Made by a program: the position numbers and the translations under genes. Shown here one piece after another: positions 60,996 through 64,000 of a DNA stretch of 64,000 nt. Origin of the DNA: Gammaproteobacteria bacterium (GTDB lineage Bacteria; Pseudomonadota; Gammaproteobacteria; Steroidobacterales; Rariloculaceae); assembly GCA_963664945.1 (NCBI GenBank), contig OY761822.1, forward strand, positions 406,080 to 470,079, written 5' to 3'. The stretch's first letter is position 1; each line of letters opens with the position of its first letter. Below the pieces are notes generated by a model that had not been told where the DNA came from, ran no database searches, and was given only the letters and a program-made list of their open reading frames with translations.

Positions 60996-61260
60996 TGCTG
61001 CATCAACCTTATAATGTCGTATCAGCGCGTCCGCAAGCGCGCAGATGCGCGGCGCCGGCTCGCCGACGTATCGGGCATACGTCAAGAGACGGCAACAAAG
61101 CGGATGCGCGCTTGTGGACGCGCCCTTCGGGTGGCCGCAGGCCCGCCCCTGGCGGTGTTGCGCCCCTTGACAATGGACCCACCATTGACTGCGGGACGCG
61201 CCTTGCCAGAGGCGGGCCTGCGGTCACTGATACGACATTACAAGGTTGATGCAGCACTAG
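60992..61260. repeat. 269-bp inverted-repeat structured element filling the gcvH-gcvPA spacer
   Basis: 34-bp termini (60992..61025 and 61227..61260, 1 mismatch) start and end with CTAG. They enclose two further long hairpins (61025..61043/61105..61123 and 61133..61147/61211..61225). Confidence 0.85.
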
Positions 61261-61263
61261 GCC

Positions 61264-62640
61264 ATGCCGTTCATTCCACACACCCGGGCCGATACCGACG
61301 CCATGCTAGGGGCCATCGGCGTCGAATCGATCGATGACCTGTTCGCGGAGATTCCCGGCGAACTGAAGCTGGACACGCTTGACGGCATTCCCGATGCGAT
61401 CACCGAATCCGAAGTGGGACGCCTCATGCGCCGGCGCGCCGGCCGCGACGAGATGGTCCTCAATTTTCTCGGCGCCGGCGCCTACGAGCACCACATACCG
61501 GCGGCGGTCTGGGAACTGACCACCCGCGGGGAGTTCTACAGCGCCTATACGCCGTACCAGGCCGAGGCCAGCCAGGGCACGCTGCAGGTCATCTACGAGT
61601 ACCAGACCATGATGGCGAGCCTCACGGGGCTTGAGGTGTCCAACGCGTCGCAGTACGACGGCGCCTCGGCACTCGCCGAAGCGGTGCTGATGGCCGTGCG
61701 GGCCAACCGCAAGTCCCGGTCGCGCCGCGTCCTGGCGCCCCGCACCCTGCACCCCCACTACCGCACCGTGGTCGAGACGATCACCTCGACCCAGGGGATC
61801 GACCTGGTGGATCTGCCCTGCGGTCCGGCGGGCGGGCACACCGACGTTGCGGCCCTGGACGACTTCGCCGGCGAGGACATTACCGCCGTGCTGATCCCGC
61901 AGCCCAACGTCTTCGGCGTCCTCGAACCCGTCGACGCGATGACGGACTGGGCCGCCGCCAACGGCGCCATCGCCATCGGCGTGGTCAACCCCATGGCGCT
62001 GGGCCTGCTCAAGCCGCCCGGGGAGTGGGGCGCGGAGGGCGCGCCGATCGCCTGCGGCGAGGGCCAGCCCCTGGGTGTGCCGCTGAGTTCCGGCGGACCG
62101 TACTTCGGCTTCCTCACCTGCCGCCAGTCCCTGATGCGCCAGCTTCCGGGCCGCATGGTGGGCCGCACGGTGGACCTGGACGGCAAGGCGGGCTTCACGC
62201 TCACGCTGCAGGCCCGCGAACAGCACATCCGCCGCTCAAGGGCCACGTCCAACATCTGCACCAACCAGGGCCTGATGGTCACCGCCGCCACCATCTACAT
62301 GAGCCTGCTGGGGCCGGTCGGGCTCAGGCGGGTCGCCGCCACCTGCCACGCCCGCACGGCGGCGCTGGCGGACGGCGCGGCGGCCATCTCCGGCGTGTCC
62401 GCGGCGTTCGATTCGCCGCGGTTCCACGAGGTCGTATTGCGCCTGCCCGTTCCGGCGGACGTCGTGCTGCGGCGGATGCGGCCCCGGGGCATCCTGGGCG
62501 GGGTCAACCTTGCGGGCTGGTACCCGGAACTGGGCGACGCCATGCTGGTCTGCGCCACGGAGACGAAGACCGGGGAGGACATCCGGACCTGGGTCGCGGC
62601 GCTCCGCGACGCCATCGGAGCGACGGAGGAGGGCACATGA
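61264..62640 (+). CDS. gcvPA: glycine dehydrogenase (decarboxylating) subunit 1
   Basis: MPFIPHT..D...ML..IG........IP. Split-type P-protein, alpha part. Confidence 0.94.
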   Translation: MPFIPHTRADTDAMLGAIGVESIDDLFAEIPGELKLDTLDGIPDAITESEVGRLMRRRAGRDEMVLNFLGAGAYEHHIPAAVWELTTRGEFYSAYTPYQAEASQGTLQVIYEYQTMMASLTGLEVSNASQYDGASALAEAVLMAVRANRKSRSRRVLAPRTLHPHYRTVVETITSTQGIDLVDLPCGPAGGHTDVAALDDFAGEDITAVLIPQPNVFGVLEPVDAMTDWAAANGAIAIGVVNPMALGLLKPPGEWGAEGAPIACGEGQPLGVPLSSGGPYFGFLTCRQSLMRQLPGRMVGRTVDLDGKAGFTLTLQAREQHIRRSRATSNICTNQGLMVTAATIYMSLLGPVGLRRVAATCHARTAALADGAAAISGVSAAFDSPRFHEVVLRLPVPADVVLRRMRPRGILGGVNLAGWYPELGDAMLVCATETKTGEDIRTWVAALRDAIGATEEGT

Positions 62641-64000
62641 CCGAGCCGCTGGTATTCGAACTGGGGCGCCCCGGGCGCGTGGCGGGCGCGCAGTTGCCCG
62701 CGGCGGATGTCGCCGTGGACCTGCCGCCGGAGATGCTGCGCGAGTCCGCGCCGCAGTTGCCCGAGGTCACCGAACTGGATGCCGTTCGTCACTACACGCG
62801 GCTTTCCCAGCGGAACTTCTCCATCGACACGCACTTCTACCCGCTGGGCTCGTGCACCATGAAGTACAACCCCAGGGGCTGTAACACCTACGCGATGCTG
62901 CCGGGTTTCCTGGGCCGGCACCCGCTGGCGCCCGAAGACGTCTCGCAGGGTTTTCTGTCCTGCATGTACGAGCTTCAGCAGATGCTCTGCCATGTCACGG
63001 GCATGAAGGCGTTCTCGCTCACGCCCATGGCCGGCGCCCAGGGCGAACTCGCCGGCGTGGCGATGATCCGCGCCTACCACCTGGACCGAGGCGACACGGA
63101 GCGCACCGAGATATTGGTCCCGGACGCCGCCCACGGCACCAATCCCGCCACCGCGGTGATGTGCGGCTGCACGGTCCGGGAATTCCCGACGGCGGCTGAC
63201 GGGGACATGGATATCGACGCGCTTCGCAAGCTCGTCGGCCCGCGCACCGCGGGGATCATGCTGACCAATCCGTCCACGCTGGGCGTGTTCGAGCGGCGTA
63301 TCCGGGAGGTGCGGGAGATCATCCACGGCGCGGGCGGACTGCTCTACTACGACGGCGCCAACCTGAACGCGATTCTCGGCAAGGTGCTCCCCGGCGACAT
63401 GGGATTCGACGTGATCCACATCAATCTCCACAAAACCTTCTCCACGCCCCACGGCGGCGGCGGCCCGGGGTCCGGCGCGGTGGGCGTGGGCGAGCGGCTT
63501 GAGCCGTTCCTTCCCACGCCGTTCGTCGGCATGGGCCCCGACGGATACCGCTGGGTGGATGCCGCGGGCCATCCGAAGAGCATCGGCCGGCTGTCGGCCT
63601 TCATGGGCAACGCCGGGGTGCTGCTGCGGGCCTACATTTACATGCGGATGCTCGGCCGGCGCGGGATGGAGCGCGTGGCCGACTACGCGGTGTTGAACGC
63701 CAACTATGTCATGGCGCGGCTGGCGGCGGCGGGATTCGATCTTGCGTATCCCGAGCGGCTGGCGTGCCACGAGTTCATCGTCACGCTCAAGCGGCAGGCC
63801 AGGGAACATGGCCTGACCGCCATGAACCTCGCCAAGGCGCTGCTGGACCGTGGTTTCCACGCTCCGACGACCTATTTCCCCTTGCTGGTGCCGGAGTGCC
63901 TGCTGATCGAGCCCACCGAGACGGAGAGCAAGGAAACGCTTGACCGGTTCGTGAACGCCATGGCGGAGATTCTGGCGGAGGCGCAGGTGGACCCGGAGCG
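62637..64000 (+). CDS. gcvPB: glycine dehydrogenase (decarboxylating) subunit 2 (3' end beyond window)
   Basis: Own translation from ATG 62637 (ATGA overlap): [14 protein letters not shown]...[39 protein letters not shown]... Open to the window end, hence absent from the ORF track. Confidence 0.92.
   Translation, partial: MTEPLVFELGRPGRVAGAQLPAADVAVDLPPEMLRESAPQLPEVTELDAVRHYTRLSQRNFSIDTHFYPLGSCTMKYNPRGCNTYAMLPGFLGRHPLAPEDVSQGFLSCMYELQQMLCHVTGMKAFSLTPMAGAQGELAGVAMIRAYHLDRGDTERTEILVPDAAHGTNPATAVMCGCTVREFPTAADGDMDIDALRKLVGPRTAGIMLTNPSTLGVFERRIREVREIIHGAGGLLYYDGANLNAILGKVLPGDMGFDVIHINLHKTFSTPHGGGGPGSGAVGVGERLEPFLPTPFVGMGPDGYRWVDAAGHPKSIGRLSAFMGNAGVLLRAYIYMRMLGRRGMERVADYAVLNANYVMARLAAAGFDLAYPERLACHEFIVTLKRQAREHGLTAMNLAKALLDRGFHAPTTYFPLLVPECLLIEPTETESKETLDRFVNAMAEILAEAQVDPE

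Overview
GC-rich chromosomal segment, probably gammaproteobacterial. The minus strand carries a conserved housekeeping backbone: rpmH-rnpA-yidC-mnmE, mnmG, an Opp-like ABC transporter, rsmG, parA-parB, atpIBEFHAGDC, glmU-glmS. On the left are topA (3' part), tsaC, aroE, gor and xthA. On the right are purKE, purC, djlA, coq7, rplM-rpsI, tRNA-Gln, rpiA, EVE-ygfA-6S RNA-zapA, pepP-ubiH-ubiI, and a glycine-riboswitch-controlled gcvT-gcvH-gcvPA-gcvPB operon. Several accessory insertions interrupt this backbone. (1) About 7.9 kb of lower-GC DNA lies between parA and rsmG. It holds six genes in two convergent, translationally coupled operons: ParB-like / PD-(D/E)xK / SNF2, and ParB-like / B12-type radical SAM / GHKL ATPase. 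I cannot assign this combination to any named defence or modification system, and it is the best candidate for a new system. (2) A 2.8 kb islet lies at the 5' end of glmU, bounded by a diverged duplicate of the first glmU codons. It carries an RlmJ-like methyltransferase, VapBC, a nonsense-interrupted DUF1640 gene and a frameshifted ATL/MGMT-like ORF, with ParDE next to it. (3) A very GC-rich ISAs1-type IS lies upstream of rpmH, and its transposase has a DUF4338-like N-terminus. (4) A HigBA module and an orphan VapB islet are present. (5) Three families of inverted-repeat (MITE-like) elements occur, two of which exactly fill intergenic gaps inside essential operons (rpmH/rnpA and gcvH/gcvPA). 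Many long ORFs in the track are antisense artefacts of the high GC content. All calls rest on motif recognition by eye and on synteny; no database search was run.
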